Shown here piece by piece: positions 1 to 14,809 of a stretch of DNA of 64,000 nt. The DNA is taken from assembly GCA_051362555.1 (NCBI GenBank), contig CM120642.1:20770001-20834000 (forward strand). Direction: 5' to 3'. Source of the stretch: Lingula anatina (Eukaryota; Animalia; Brachiopoda). The position numbers and the translations under genes are program-made. The notes under the pieces were generated by a model. It was not told the origin of the DNA. It saw only the letters and a program-made list of their open reading frames with translations, and made no database searches. The stretch's first letter is position 1. Each line of letters starts with the position of its first letter.

Positions 1-1068
1 ATCAGTAAATAATAGGGAAGTGGTGGTCCCAATGGAGACTGGAGAACAGTGACACTTACTTTTATTTACAAGTCCCAGCAAATGCCAGATATGAAATGTT
101 TAAGAGTCAAGAATAACATTTCAAAGAATAGTTTATTTCATATTTTAACAATCGTAACAAAAAAAAAGAAAAAGAAAAGAAAAATAGAAAGATGCTGATC
201 TGTTAAAAGTCTTAGAAATAGGAAGGTTAGAACTGTTAATAACAACACACAATGACTACCAACCTTTTAAAAGATTCCTTTACAGGGAAAGTAAAACAAA
301 ATCTTAATACCTGCCTTACATGACAATTGCACTTATCTGATATATTTTTCATCATATCCATGTAATTATCAAGGATTTTACAAATATTTTTCTCCTGCAA
401 CCTGATTCAAACTGTCAATACACTTATGTATATTTTACAATGACAAGCTCAAATATTTTTTCCTGCAACCTGTTTCAAGCTGCCATTACACTTATGTATA
501 ATTTACAATGACAAGCTTAAGGGTCAGGCTGGATAAAATCTCTGCCAAAAATGGCCTGAATTATTACAGAAATAAAATATTTGAAGATTAAAATGAGATT
601 ATTTCTACAGACCTGTTTAACTGCATGTAGTGTATCAAAATGTTAGAGATATAACAGAGAGTGACTACAACAATGCTGATGAACAAAGACACAAGCTCAA
701 CAATATGCACATCAAATGAATGATTGGAAGCCCTCAATTGAAGATTGATTTTATAAATTATCTTTGACCCACATTTGGGCCCAAAATAACAAATAAGGAT
801 GCTTTTTTTTCGGTTAATAAGTCATTTCAGCTCTGTGGTCATGTTAGCATACTTTCTGTTGCAGATAAACAGCTATTTTTTCCAAAACAAATAAATCAAA
901 TATGAAGTTTAACACAAACATATGTGTTGAATTGTTTTCAAAATCAGATATCTTTTGAAAATTTAGTACCAATATAAATGTTATGAAAATTATCCTCATA
1001 AGACTCACAGGCATCTAAATCAGCTGTGGGAAGTCCTAAAAACTGTGACAGTTATTTGCAATAACACA

Positions 1069-4000
1069 TTAGCTTGGAGTAGACACCAAGGGTTTGGAAT
1101 GTGGACTTTTCTGCATCCTATGGAGAGTAAACAAGTATGCACCTGTCACCAATAATGTGAGAAAAGTGACAACAATCATGACTGAGAACAGGGCAATCCA
1201 CATGGTGACTGTGTACGAGCATGGAACAGGGCACTCGACATGAGGCAGCTCAACCAGTTCATCTTCCTGCTCATAATTTGGTTCAACTTTCCTTGTCTGC
1301 AAGATAAGAGTGAACTGCATGAAAAAACCATTTAACATAATGATGATAAATTTCAATGTTACACTAAAAATACTGCCTGTATCACTATGGACTGAACAAA
1401 GATTCTCTTAAAATTAAAATCATAACTAGAGGATCAGAGAGGCGATACCGCCTCCGAATATTGTACCACCAGCTGGAGCAAGCGCATTCATATAGACCCC
1501 CACATATACAAAATAAGGAAAACAGCCACCAGTCTTGTGCTTGACAAGCTGTAAAAATGCAATCAACAAGAATTTTCAAAATATGCAAAAAATATATATG
1601 TTACTAAAAATGGTACAATCAAAGTTAAGTTCATCGCAAGGTAGGTCAAAGGTCAATTCCAAGGTCACAGTAAATTGCCAGTATATGACTTCCTATTCAA
1701 CTTCAATAGTAACTATGGGCCTATCTCTGCCAGGTTTGGAGTTAAAAGAGAAAGAAATTAGCAGAGTTCAGTTCATGATAATAAGTAGGTCAAAGGTCAA
1801 TTTCAAGGTCACACTTAGATTGCCAGTATATGACTTCCTATTCACGTTCAATAGTAACTATGGACCTATCTCTGCCAGTTTTGGAGATAAAGGGGAAGCA
1901 AACTATGCAAAGTTCAGTTCATGGTGAAAAGTAGGTCAAAGGTCAATTTTAAGGTCACATGTAGATTGCCAGTATATGACTTCCTGTTCAAGTTCAATAG
2001 AGACTATGGACCTATCTCTGCCAGTTTTGGAGATAAAAGGGAAGCAAAATTTGCAAAGTTCAGTTCATGGTGAAAAGTAGGTCAAAGGTCAATTTTAAGG
2101 TCACATTTAGATTGCCAGTATATGTCTTCCTATTCAACTTCAATAGTAACTATGGACCTATCTCTGCCAGTTTTGGAGATAAAAGGGAAGCAAAATTTGC
2201 AAAGTTCAGTTCTTGGTGAAAAGAAGGTCAAAGGTCAATTTTAAGGTCACATTTGGATTGCCAGTATATGACTTCCTATTCAACTTCAATAGTAACTATG
2301 GACCTATCTCTGCCAGTTTTGGAGATAAATGGGAAGCAAAATTTGCAAAGTTCAGTTCTTGGTGAAAAGAAGGTCAAAGGTCAATTTTAAGGTCACATTT
2401 GGATTGCCAGTATATGACTACCTATTCAACTTCAATAGTAACTATGGACCTATCTCTGCCAGTTTTGGAGATAAAAGGGAATCAAAATTTGCAAAATTCA
2501 GTTCATGGTGTAAAGTAGGTCAAAGGTCAATTTTAAGGTCACATTTAGATTGCCAGTATATGACTTCCTATTCAACTTCAATAGTAACTATGGACCTATC
2601 TCTGCCAGTTTTGGAGATAAAAGGGAAGCAAAATTTGCAAAGTTCAGTTCATGGTGAAAAGTAGGTCAAAGGTCAATTTTAAGGTCACATTTAGATTGCC
2701 AGTATATGACTTCCTATTCAACTTCAATAGTAACTATGGACCTATCTCTGCCAGTTTTGGAGATAAAAGGGAAGCAAAATTTGCAAAGTTCAGTTCATGG
2801 TGAAAAGTAGGTCAAAGGTCAATTTTAAGGTCACATTTAGATTGCCAGTATATGACTTCCTATTCAACTTCAATAGTAACTATGGACCTATCTCTGCAAG
2901 TTTTGGAGATAAATGGGAAGCAAAATTTGCAAAGTTCAGTTCATGGTGAAAAGTAGGTCAAAGGTCAATTTTAAGGTCACATTTAGATTGCCAGTATATG
3001 ACTTCCTATTCAAGTTCAATAGTAACTATGGACCTATCTCTGCCAGTTTTGGAGATATAAGGGACTAAATGTTATAATTTTGGAGTTACCATAATGTGCC
3101 ATAAATTTCCTACAAAAAAAATTAATTAAAATAAAGAAAAGGTCATTTTGGTCAAAATTCTTGAAATGGGAGGTGCTCTGAAGTTCCAGATGTTCAAATT
3201 TGTTGAAATAATGTCATTTTTGACCACAAGTTGTCTGCTTTGCCAAGCCTTATGTTTTATTTTTCCGGAGTTCAAAATTTATTATCCATTACCGTACTGC
3301 ACATTTTGCTTTCACCACCAATATGTACTTTTTGATACAGCGTAACTCGAAAACCGTATGGAATACAAAAAAACGGAGACCACCTCCAGTGTTGGGCTTT
3401 ACATGCTCTACAAAATGCAAAAAAGAATGGGTGTCTAGCATTAACGGTTCCCGAATTAGAGACAGTTTTCAGTTTCGATATCTTATGGCCGCTACTCCCG
3501 TGAAAATGCACCGATTGACCCCAAATTCACGGAGATGAAAGATGACCTGAAGGGTAACACTTTCCATTAATATTATTAGTTAAGTCTGTGTGGTGTCTGA
3601 ATAAGACCGCAAATAATTTTTTTTTCGGCAAAAATTTTGTTTTTTTGAAAATTTTGGCCCGTTTGACCTTAAAATAAAGGTCAAAGGTCAAATCCAAGGG
3701 CATATTTGAAATCTACACATATGACTTTTGGAAAGCTGTCTGTAGAAATTTTTCCCATAATTCCTTCTGTAGGGGAGATAATTAGCATTTAATTTTGCCA
3801 TTTTTGGACAAGGGTGCATTGCAATGAGTGCCACACCTAGACCCCAATACCGACAAAGCCCAAATTTTACGTGGAACGAGTTGAGATTATAGGTGACCTA
3901 AATCCAAGAGATGGGTATGGAGGCCCTTACCGTCTAGGAGGAGAAGCGGTAACGGTGACTTGGCGGCGGAGCCGCAGGAGCCGCAGGAGCCGGCGGAACA

Positions 4001-7000
4001 TACGGGTCGGGACTAAAACCATGTGTACCGCCAGCGCCTACGCTGGTGGTACAAATATATATTTCATTTTAAATGTGGAGCAAGCTACACAATTTAAAAT
4101 GAATTTATAATCAAACTTGCCACTAAATCAAATTAAACCCCTTGCCTTATTCAGAATCAAATTATAAATCTCAGCCAGATCCTCTTTGCTTAGTGTAGTT
4201 CCAGCAAAATCCATTCCATCCAGCGTCTTGTTTACAATTTCATGGTCAAACTCAGCATATTTGTCACTCTGCTCCTTGTGGTTCTGTTTCCACCTAGACA
4301 CATGGACGTTGATGGCAGCAAAGTCCTCTATGGCCTTGGACAGAGTCTGAGCAAAGTATTCTGTGCTTTGCTGCCAGCAAGGTGCAAGATCAGGATCAGT
4401 GAGAACGGAGCATGCTCGTCTGGAAATTAATATGACAGATGTATATAATGACTGCATGACAAAAGTACTAGTTCATGTGCTTGACTTCGCCTTATAACCA
4501 GCTTATTCTACACAGAAAACTTAATAGTACTTTTCAATGAATGGCTGAGCTTACTCTAGGATACAACTCCCTTATTCTAAACAGATGGCTCACTTGAGCC
4601 AAATTAAAAATTAAACTTTTTTCAAAAATATATACTACTTAACACTGCAAAATATTTGCCATTTTCCTTTATGCTATAAGTAATTAGATTAGATGTTAGT
4701 CATATTACTCAAGGACTTTTAATGAAGTATAAGTCCTTGTATTACTATAGTATCCTAATCCTGAGTGTCCCTAGACAAGACAGGATGGTGTAAACCAGGT
4801 CTCGGATTCCTTGTGATTCAAGGAAATAATAACTTGATAGTCATTTAAGATGTGTCTCAGTTTGTAAAAGAGACTAGTGCATGTTGCGTAATGTCATTTA
4901 TCTTTGTCCACTCCATTAACAGTACCATGAAACTTACTGAAATTTACATAATATTTTTCTTTGCTAGATTGTTTACATTTACTTTTAGACCAATGATTTC
5001 ATGTACAAGATTTCAGACAATGATTTCATGTACAAGCTAAACACTAGTCCCACATTTTTTTCATGTCTTTTAATTTATTGTCATAACTTATTTATTCTTT
5101 TATTACCTCCAATAAAGAGGACACATGTTCTATTCATTTATTTGTCTGTTTATAGCATTATGCAAGAATTCATGGACTTCGGTAAAAATCCCAGAATAGG
5201 TCACAAATAAAACAAGAAAGAATTGATTAGGTTTTTTTGGGGGTGATACAAATTACCATTGGGACATGCTTTGCATCTCAGCTATACAAGCAGTACTAGT
5301 ACAGTAATTATATACAGCTAGAACTATAACCTGACATTATCACATCACACACAACCATGCGCTGCATCAAAAAAATGTCAAGTTGTGTCACACATCACAC
5401 ACAGGGGCAGATCCAGGATTATTTGAAGGAAGGGTCCCCTTTTATTTGGAATGACAGGCCTAGGGTGCAAAGCCAACCCTAAGCCCCCCTTGGCTAATGG
5501 GTCACTAAAAAAATTTGGTGTTTTGGAGGGTGTACAGTGGTACAGTACAGAACTATGATTCAGCTGGTCAGTATTCTAAATTCAAGAGGGGACTATTGGT
5601 GTGATTTTTTTTCAGACACCAAAGGGGGGAGGAGGACCCCCCTGACACCCCCCTAAATCCACCACTGACACATATAGGCAATTCTGAGCTCATTCACAAC
5701 AAATGATCTTACTGATCTGGGAACTAAATATGGCAGACCCAACATAAAAAGAAGCCACTTAATCCATGATGGTCTTCCTTCCTCCACTTGCACCATTAAA
5801 CTGATTAAACATGGCTCCAAGGTTTAATTCCTAGGTCCCTGCAGGGATGACACATGTAGAGGCAGGGAGACCATCTAGGGATTCTAAGCGGCTACCTTTA
5901 TGAGGTTGGCCACATTTAATCCACAGATCAGTATGTCCACTGATCATCTGTTCTGAATACATTTTTATTATATATATATATATAATAAAAATATAATTTA
6001 TTTTGAGTGTTATAGGCAAAAAATAAAAATGCTAATTTTCACATTTTTCAAGTTTAACGCGCTATAAAATCATGAATTCTAAAAATACAGGTAAATCTTT
6101 TACAAATTCTTATCCCCTGAAGTCTCTTCTTTCAGAAAATGCAACTTTTGATTGATTTTTATACATTTGAAAATTTTATGCCCAGGACACAAATGGCCCA
6201 TATATATAAAGTGTTTCTAAGCACATGCCATGTCAGTTGTTTATTATTTCTTACAGGTAAAGTCCTTGGCAGAGGTTTGTGCTCTCTAAGTGCTTTTCTA
6301 GTTATATTGTTCATTGTCGTATTCTACTTTTGTATTTGAATTTTGTTTAACCCTGGGCTTCTTAATAGCTGAAAAGAGCTTAAAACCTGCTTCTCAAAAA
6401 GATACAGGCTTGCAATAGACAAAATAGCATAAAATTTATGCTTTTATATTTACTGGGCCACCAAATCTTAATCCCCAGCCTATCCACCACATGCAGGCAT
6501 TCAATTTGGGTCTTACCCATGAAAACACAATGTCAGTCCTTATTCAAACAATAGATTCGTACATAGACAATAAACACATTCATGTATGGCCAGCACAATT
6601 TCAGTCTAAGTCAATATAATTCCCGTTTTATAAACAAGAACTGTAACAACAGCTGCTTAAAGTGGGAGAGCATATTAAGTTTCTATTTTGACTGTAGGAA
6701 ATAGTGGTTTAAATTTGGTGGATTTTCATATAATCTAGCTCACTTGCCATTTAATACAGGTGAGCAAGGAAGTAGGTGAAAAAGGTAAGTGTCGTGCACA
6801 TTAATTAAAAAATGCATGGCTACAAGAATAAGAATCAAATCAGACTGGTTTTCCCATTGTAGCTGTGTTTTAGTCCTAACAATCATTCTTGTTTTGAGGA
6901 GAAGTAATGCAATTTTCTTCTTGTAAGTCTTGTGGTGGCAGTGCAATATTACATTATGCTTAACAGCGGAATCACCACTTATCTTAATGATGTGTAACAG

Positions 7001-9610
7001 TGTACGTTACAGGTAACTTACTGTCATTGGTTTCGTTTTTTGCTTGTAGGTATAAAACTGTGCTATCAAAGTCATATTCGTCTTCACTTCTTAAAAGCCC
7101 TTGTTTGCCACAGATGTCAATGATTATGTCTTGTTTCAAATAATCCAGCACATTTATATTTGTCAAATGGCATTTCTCCTCCAAATGCCGTTAACACAAT
7201 AGGAAAGCACTTTTTAGGTGCTTGTGATTGCTTTCTATTCATTTGAAGCCATTACAAAATTTGAAAATCCCAGGGCAAATGCAGTATCATCCCTGTAAAC
7301 AATGTCTTTACCGATTTTTTGCATAAAGGTGGGAATTAAGGGTATGTTTCAAATTTCCCAGACAAATGTACAATAAGATTTGCCCTAAAAAGCAGGTGGC
7401 TGCTGAGTAATGCATTGCATAAGTTTAGCCTTTTGTACACTAATGTTGTTACCTAAAAGTCAAAATTTTAAGGTTACTGCTTCATGTCATACTCTGGACT
7501 CATTGCCTGTTATTAACCCAGGCCCGTAGCCAGGGGGGTTCAGGGGGTTCGAAAGAACCACCCTTTTTGCTGGGAAAAGGTTCACTCTGGGTACAATTTG
7601 ATCTATGTACTTGAGGATTTTATGGTAAAAGGTCCACTTTTTCAGAAAACGACCCCCCTCCCTCTAAATTGCTGGCTACGGGCCTGTAACCCCATAGAGC
7701 CTGACAGTATGTGACCTAGAAAGTGCCCTTGGTCCTGAGCCCTCTACCCGGATGCACTCGATTTTACAGGCGGCCTCATTTAATCAATGATAATGTATTC
7801 ACTTGTCTAGAAAACACCTAAGAACTGTACATGTATTCTTAGAAAGCCAAGAATGTAAGCTTAAAAGTTATATCAGTTTTATTCACATTTGTTTAACTTA
7901 GGTAGAAATAGCAGGAGTTTAAATATGAGACTTGCTTTTCTCGAAGAGAAGTAAAAAACAAAACTTTAATTTCAGCATGCACATTCTTTTTCAATTTACC
8001 AAATAATTTGTTGAAATTTTTTCATAAACATCCTAAATATGTTTTAAACAATGTCAGAAAATTTCAGAAAGATATCTTATTATTGATTTTGAGTTATAAT
8101 AAATTTCCTGGGATGCGTGCTGTACCTAAAAACCTGCATCTCTTCAGAGAGTTGCACAATATACCGGCAGGCTAGCTGACTAGAAGACTTCCACCTAATT
8201 ACTTTTATAATTACAAATAGATTGCAAATTAAGTGCCTTTTTCGATAGTTTTTCATAGTTTTTTTTAAACAACTGAACCAGGATACTCATAAAATTTTGT
8301 TTTGCACTCAAATCATATACAAGAATACAAACATTGTCATGAGCAAATATTACACTTTCGTAAATAAAAATTGCATCATAAAAATACAAGTAAACATGGC
8401 ATTTGTAATAATACACAAGCAGGAAAAGACATGTTGATGCAGTACAAAGTAACATATGACATTTGTATTTATGCACAAGCAGGAAAAGACACACTGATGC
8501 AGCACACAAGGCAACATATAGCCTGACTTGCTAAATAAAATTCCCTGACTTTTAACTAACCAAATCCTGTTTTTCGCTGACCAATACCACCTTATTTTCA
8601 ACCTCTACCTCCATTACAACCACCCAATCCAACCAAAACTATAATTTTTTTTCACCAATCTAATTTTTACTATGACTTACACAGATAACAATCATTCAAA
8701 TGTTAAACTTTATCATTGTATCAATTTGTTATTCCATATTGCAAACAAATTTTATCACTCTGTATACTTTACAAACATATAACTATGCTTGTAAATATCT
8801 AAGGGCGTATTCCCATAGATTTTAGATCGATCTATCCCCGCGGGGAGTCTCACTAGATTACTGTCACATAATCCGGCTTAAATGTCCGTCCCGCCTACTA
8901 CAAGCTGTAAGAGGGTAATTAACTTTCGTGTCCGCTCGGCTGACAGCTATTTAGCGTGAACCCCCAGGAGTTAGTTCGATCTAAATTAGATCGATCTAAT
9001 CTCTGGGAATGGGGTCAAAAAATCAAATTTTAAATTGGGTGTTCATGCCTAGCTCCTCTACTTCTGATGTGGTAAATTTCAAGTTTCTATGACATTATTT
9101 AGGGGATGAAAATCAAGTGGGGCAGCTTTTGATTCATTTTTAAAGTGACATCTGAAAAAAATGACAGACATGGCATCACTAAAAGTGGAAAAACTTATGA
9201 TCTAAATGAGATTAAAAAATATCAAGTCCCTTGCCCAATTAGCAAAAGTCATGTGTGGTCCCTACCTAGAATTTTATTTTTTCCCCGACTTTTCTAAAAT
9301 TAAATTTTTCCTTGACCAAAACGTTAATTTCCCTGACAATTCACAGACCTTGAAAAATAATTTTCCCCAACTTTTCAAGTAAGATAGCAACTCTGATTGT
9401 AATAATGATATTAACACTAACTGTATTTTAATCACTATTAGTATATTATTTTATTTTAATTTTTAAACTGGGTTTTAGAATAATAATGTTCCTTTAGGCA
9501 ATTTCATACATTTACAAAAACCAAAAGTAAAATCCTGCTTACGTGCACTCCGCTGCAGTGGCAACAGCAACATAGCCACAGAGAAACAACGCCCCTGCTA
9601 ACAACGTCAT
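1069..9610 (-). CDS. Orphan type-I membrane protein (~189 aa): signal peptide, helical Cys-bracketed ectodomain, TM helix, short tail; 3 coding exons
   Basis: Exon 1 is 9610-9543 (MTLLAGALFLCGYVAVATAAEC, donor GTAAG, phase 2). Exon 2 is 4419-4146 (acceptor TTTCCAG, RACSVLTDPDLAPCWQQ...NLILNK, GC donor AAG|GCAAGG, phase 0). Exon 3 is 1296-1069 (acceptor CTTGCAG, TRKVEP...CPVPCSY-TM-STPS*). Phases join into one 570-nt ORF. The model depends on a GC-AG intron. Confidence 0.7.
1424..4056 (-). mobile_element. Non-autonomous Helentron-associated element (HINE/DINE-1-like) carrying an internal tandem array
   Basis: 13-bp subterminal inverted repeat TTGTACCACCAGC (1461-1473) / GCTGGTGGTACAA (4042-4054). 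Hairpin at 4025-4052, short stem-loop GAGGCG..CGCCTC at 1439-1454, GC-rich microsatellite-like run 3962-3999 and an internal satellite. This layout matches HINE/DINE-1 architecture. Confidence 0.7.
1620..3065. repeat. Tandem repeat, ~146-bp unit, ~10 copies
   Basis: AGGTCAAAGGTCAA recurs at 1643, 1787, 1933, 2079, 2225, 2371, 2517, 2663, 2809 and 2955. The inner units are nearly identical. Confidence 0.95.
5402..5667. mobile_element. MITE with CAG..CTG termini and 5-bp TSD (family also at 43923 and 45867)
   Basis: CAGGGGCAGATCCAGG...AAATCCACCACTG flanked by ACACA on both sides. The interior is homologous to 43923-44224 and 45867-46190. Confidence 0.75.
6830..7290 (-). mobile_element. Decayed Mutator/MULE-like transposase fragment
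   Basis: Broken frames give VMASNE*KAIT (cf. GSDEEKALT), LLC*RHLEE (MULE CxxH) and DICGKQGLLRSEDEYDFD. Stops and frameshifts are present. Confidence 0.45.
7519..7686. mobile_element. MITE, TIR CAGGCCCGTAGCCA, 5-bp TSD TAACC
   Basis: Perfect 14-bp terminal inverted repeats with TAACC on both sides. Confidence 0.85.
8803..9016. mobile_element. PIF/Harbinger-like MITE (second copy at 23559-23754)
   Basis: Imperfect ~30-bp TIRs containing TAGATCGATCTA. The interior is homologous to 23559-23754, which has a TAA TSD. Confidence 0.75.
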
Positions 9611-9891
9611 GCTCCACGATTTCACCTGCACTCAAATCTACAGGAAGCTTACTTGTTTAGTTTTGAGTAAACTTCCGGTTGCGATATCATCTAATAACGA
9701 GATCAAACCGGAACAGATAACAGTTACACAAAGTATTAAAGACAGTAATAATAAAATAATTCACTTGTATGAAGACCATAGAGCACATTTACCACATAAA
9801 AGTTGTGAAAATTAAATATTTTTGTTTCTTCAGGCACTGCGAGAATTAAGTCCATTCCCTCAAAGCAATTACGTCCAGTAACAAGATCAAA
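9611..9891. promoter_or_regulatory. Short bidirectional promoter with inverted ETS-type CCGGAA motifs
   Basis: Divergent start codons lie ~280 bp apart (9610 -, 9892 +). ACTTCCGGTT at 9671-9680 and AACCGGAAC at 9706-9714. Confidence 0.6.
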
Positions 9892-12508
<2,617 letters not shown>

Positions 12509-14107
12509 TAATGGTGACCCAGGAACTCTGTCTTGTCTATTCCAATGTCAGGCTGTGTTATGAGTTATAAATCTGTGATGCTTTTCACATCAGTAAAGGT
12601 TTTTTTCAAAATTTTCAAAATATTCATTTTGCTTTGCTTCTTCACTCACTGTTGATGTAGTTCCACAACAAGTGCTTTTCACTCTTTGTGGTAAAGTGTC
12701 GCTTACCCATGTGTCATTGTCTTTTACTTGAAGAGAAAAAAGGGGATCTAACTGTTGCGATTTTTAACATTTTGAAGGTTTTTTGGAATAAATAACACAG
12801 GGATGCAGAAGTTGAACAAGAGCAGGATTCATTCCATGCCCATTTTACTTGAACAGTTTTTTAAGAGAAATCTTTACAAATGTTTCACAGGCTATAAGAA
12901 AAGCATAATTAACTGGTAAATCAGTTGATAATACTGTATTATGTTATTAAAGAGCACAATTTGAAATATGTCACTTTGAGTTTGCTGTTTAGTAAATGGC
13001 ACATTTCAAAGCACAATATAAAGATATTGTAAAGTATTATGTTTATTCACAGGGTGTTCCTAGGATGAGAAATAGAACATCTCTAACAAGGGTGCGTGTA
13101 TCAGAGAAAGGGGGGCGCGTTGGAGAAAAAAATATTTGATCACTGTCATTGTGCATGTATATCTTTGTACAAAGTACAGTTCTACATAATTATGATATTT
13201 TACACTATTTGATTTAATAAATATGTACTGTGCAAGCTGAATCAAGACTTGTATGAGGACGAAATCTTTTAATGAAGAGCTCTACAGTGTAATTTTGATT
13301 CTCAAAACTGTATTTTTCATTTTATTCATAACTGAGCAGAGAGCTGCTTCAAATGACCGTTTTTACCAAGAAAGATGACAATCATCATGTTGTATAAGAT
13401 GAAATCTGTACACACTGTAAATTTATTAGTGACAAATAAAGAGCATTGCAACCAAGAATCTTTGTGAGTCTGGTCTGTTGTGTACGTACATAAGTCATTT
13501 TGTAAAAACGAAAACTCATTTCAATATCAAAATAAAGTTGCTATCAATTGACTTATATTTCCCGCCATTATAATAAATAGACCCAAAGCAAAATGCCAAT
13601 AAATAAATTTGCGTTCTGTAAATGCTGGTATCAACTCAATTGATTATTAAACGAATACTTGAATAGAAGGGAAGACTTTGTACATTGTAGCTCAATTGCC
13701 ATGCACTTTGCTTTTAAATTGTGGCTTGATGTGGTATTTGCTACAAAACTACAGAGACACTACTTCACTGCCGCATAACCTACATACATGTATTTGTTTC
13801 TCTCCTACCTCATTAATTGATTGATGATCAAGTCACATCTATCGACAATGTTTTACGTCACCCATCTAACAATAATGCGCACGTTAAATGCTGTCGCATC
13901 GGAACATGATTTGAGAATGCAGTAGCATCCGCTATTTAACATTCATAAAAAAAACCGAAATTATACCATGTTATAAAGGTATGGGAAATATTGTTACATT
14001 GTGGAGATATTGATAATTGCACATGTTAATCGATTCGCCATCTCCCTTTAAACAGCTAAGAAACTCTAGTTGCTAGTGATCTTTTACTAGTCAGTTGTGT
14101 AGCTGTA

Positions 14108-14809
14108 TTAAAGGGTATCAACCACGTGAGAGCTGGTAATGCCTGTTCTCGCAGGCGCTGTCCTTGCTCGTTCTATGTCCGAACACCAAATTTGCAGGGA
14201 TTCGATGTGCTCACCCAGCGACCCGATGCTGGCATCGTCTTTCATTATAGCGTCGTATGTTTGCTTTCTATATAACGGCGAGAGTCGCAGGAGAATGTTT
14301 TTTATGTTTTCAAAATGCTTCAGGAAGTCTGCCTGGCTGAGTGGGGAGGCACCGTTGGCGTAAGCGTGCATGATGTCTCTGTGCGTTTTCATGCGAGATA
14401 TCAAAGCGCGAACGGCTGCATCGCGAGGAGTAGGGCGTATCCAGGCCTTTGCTTTTTTGTTCAGTGACGTTATGTTCAACAACAATTTTACAGCGGTTGC
14501 AATGTCTATCTGCTCCAAGGAAATACCTGGACAAGGTTTTCCATTCGGATACAATTGCTCCTTCAGAGACAAGTTGAAATATGTCCGAGGTAAGCTAAAC
14601 AGTGTCGTCTTCACGGAATGAAACATCAAAACTTTTTCAAAGCATTTTCTGTCGCTGTCGTACCGCGTTGGATATTCCAATGCTAGTTGTTTCCCCAAAA
14701 CATCCTTAACAACGTCGCCTCCATACTCCATTAATAATGTCATAAGACAGGCGAACCTCCTCCTCCCGGCCGCTATCTCTGCCAGGTCAGTATCATCGGA
14801 AGACGCCAT
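14108..14809 (-). CDS. Single-exon DZIP3-like HEPN-domain protein (233 aa)
   Basis: Open GC-richer ORF. The pattern RFACLMTLLMEYG...LYP...DIATAVKLLLNITSL...W...P.D...A.ISRMKTHRD...LSQADF..HF..I..ILL.L resembles the invertebrate DZIP3-like HEPN domain. Confidence 0.7.
   Translation of the reverse strand: MASSDDTDLAEIAAGRRRFACLMTLLMEYGGDVVKDVLGKQLALEYPTRYDSDRKCFEKVLMFHSVKTTLFSLPRTYFNLSLKEQLYPNGKPCPGISLEQIDIATAVKLLLNITSLNKKAKAWIRPTPRDAAVRALISRMKTHRDIMHAYANGASPLSQADFLKHFENIKNILLRLSPLYRKQTYDAIMKDDASIGSLGEHIESLQIWCSDIERARTAPARTGITSSHVVDTL

Noticed and set aside
1535-2664. ORFs of 130 and 111 aa
   Set aside because: They are translations of the 146-bp tandem repeat with no protein-like signal.
1620-3065. 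CRISPR-like repeat array
   Set aside because: Whole units repeat with no unique spacers, the context is eukaryotic and there are no cas genes.
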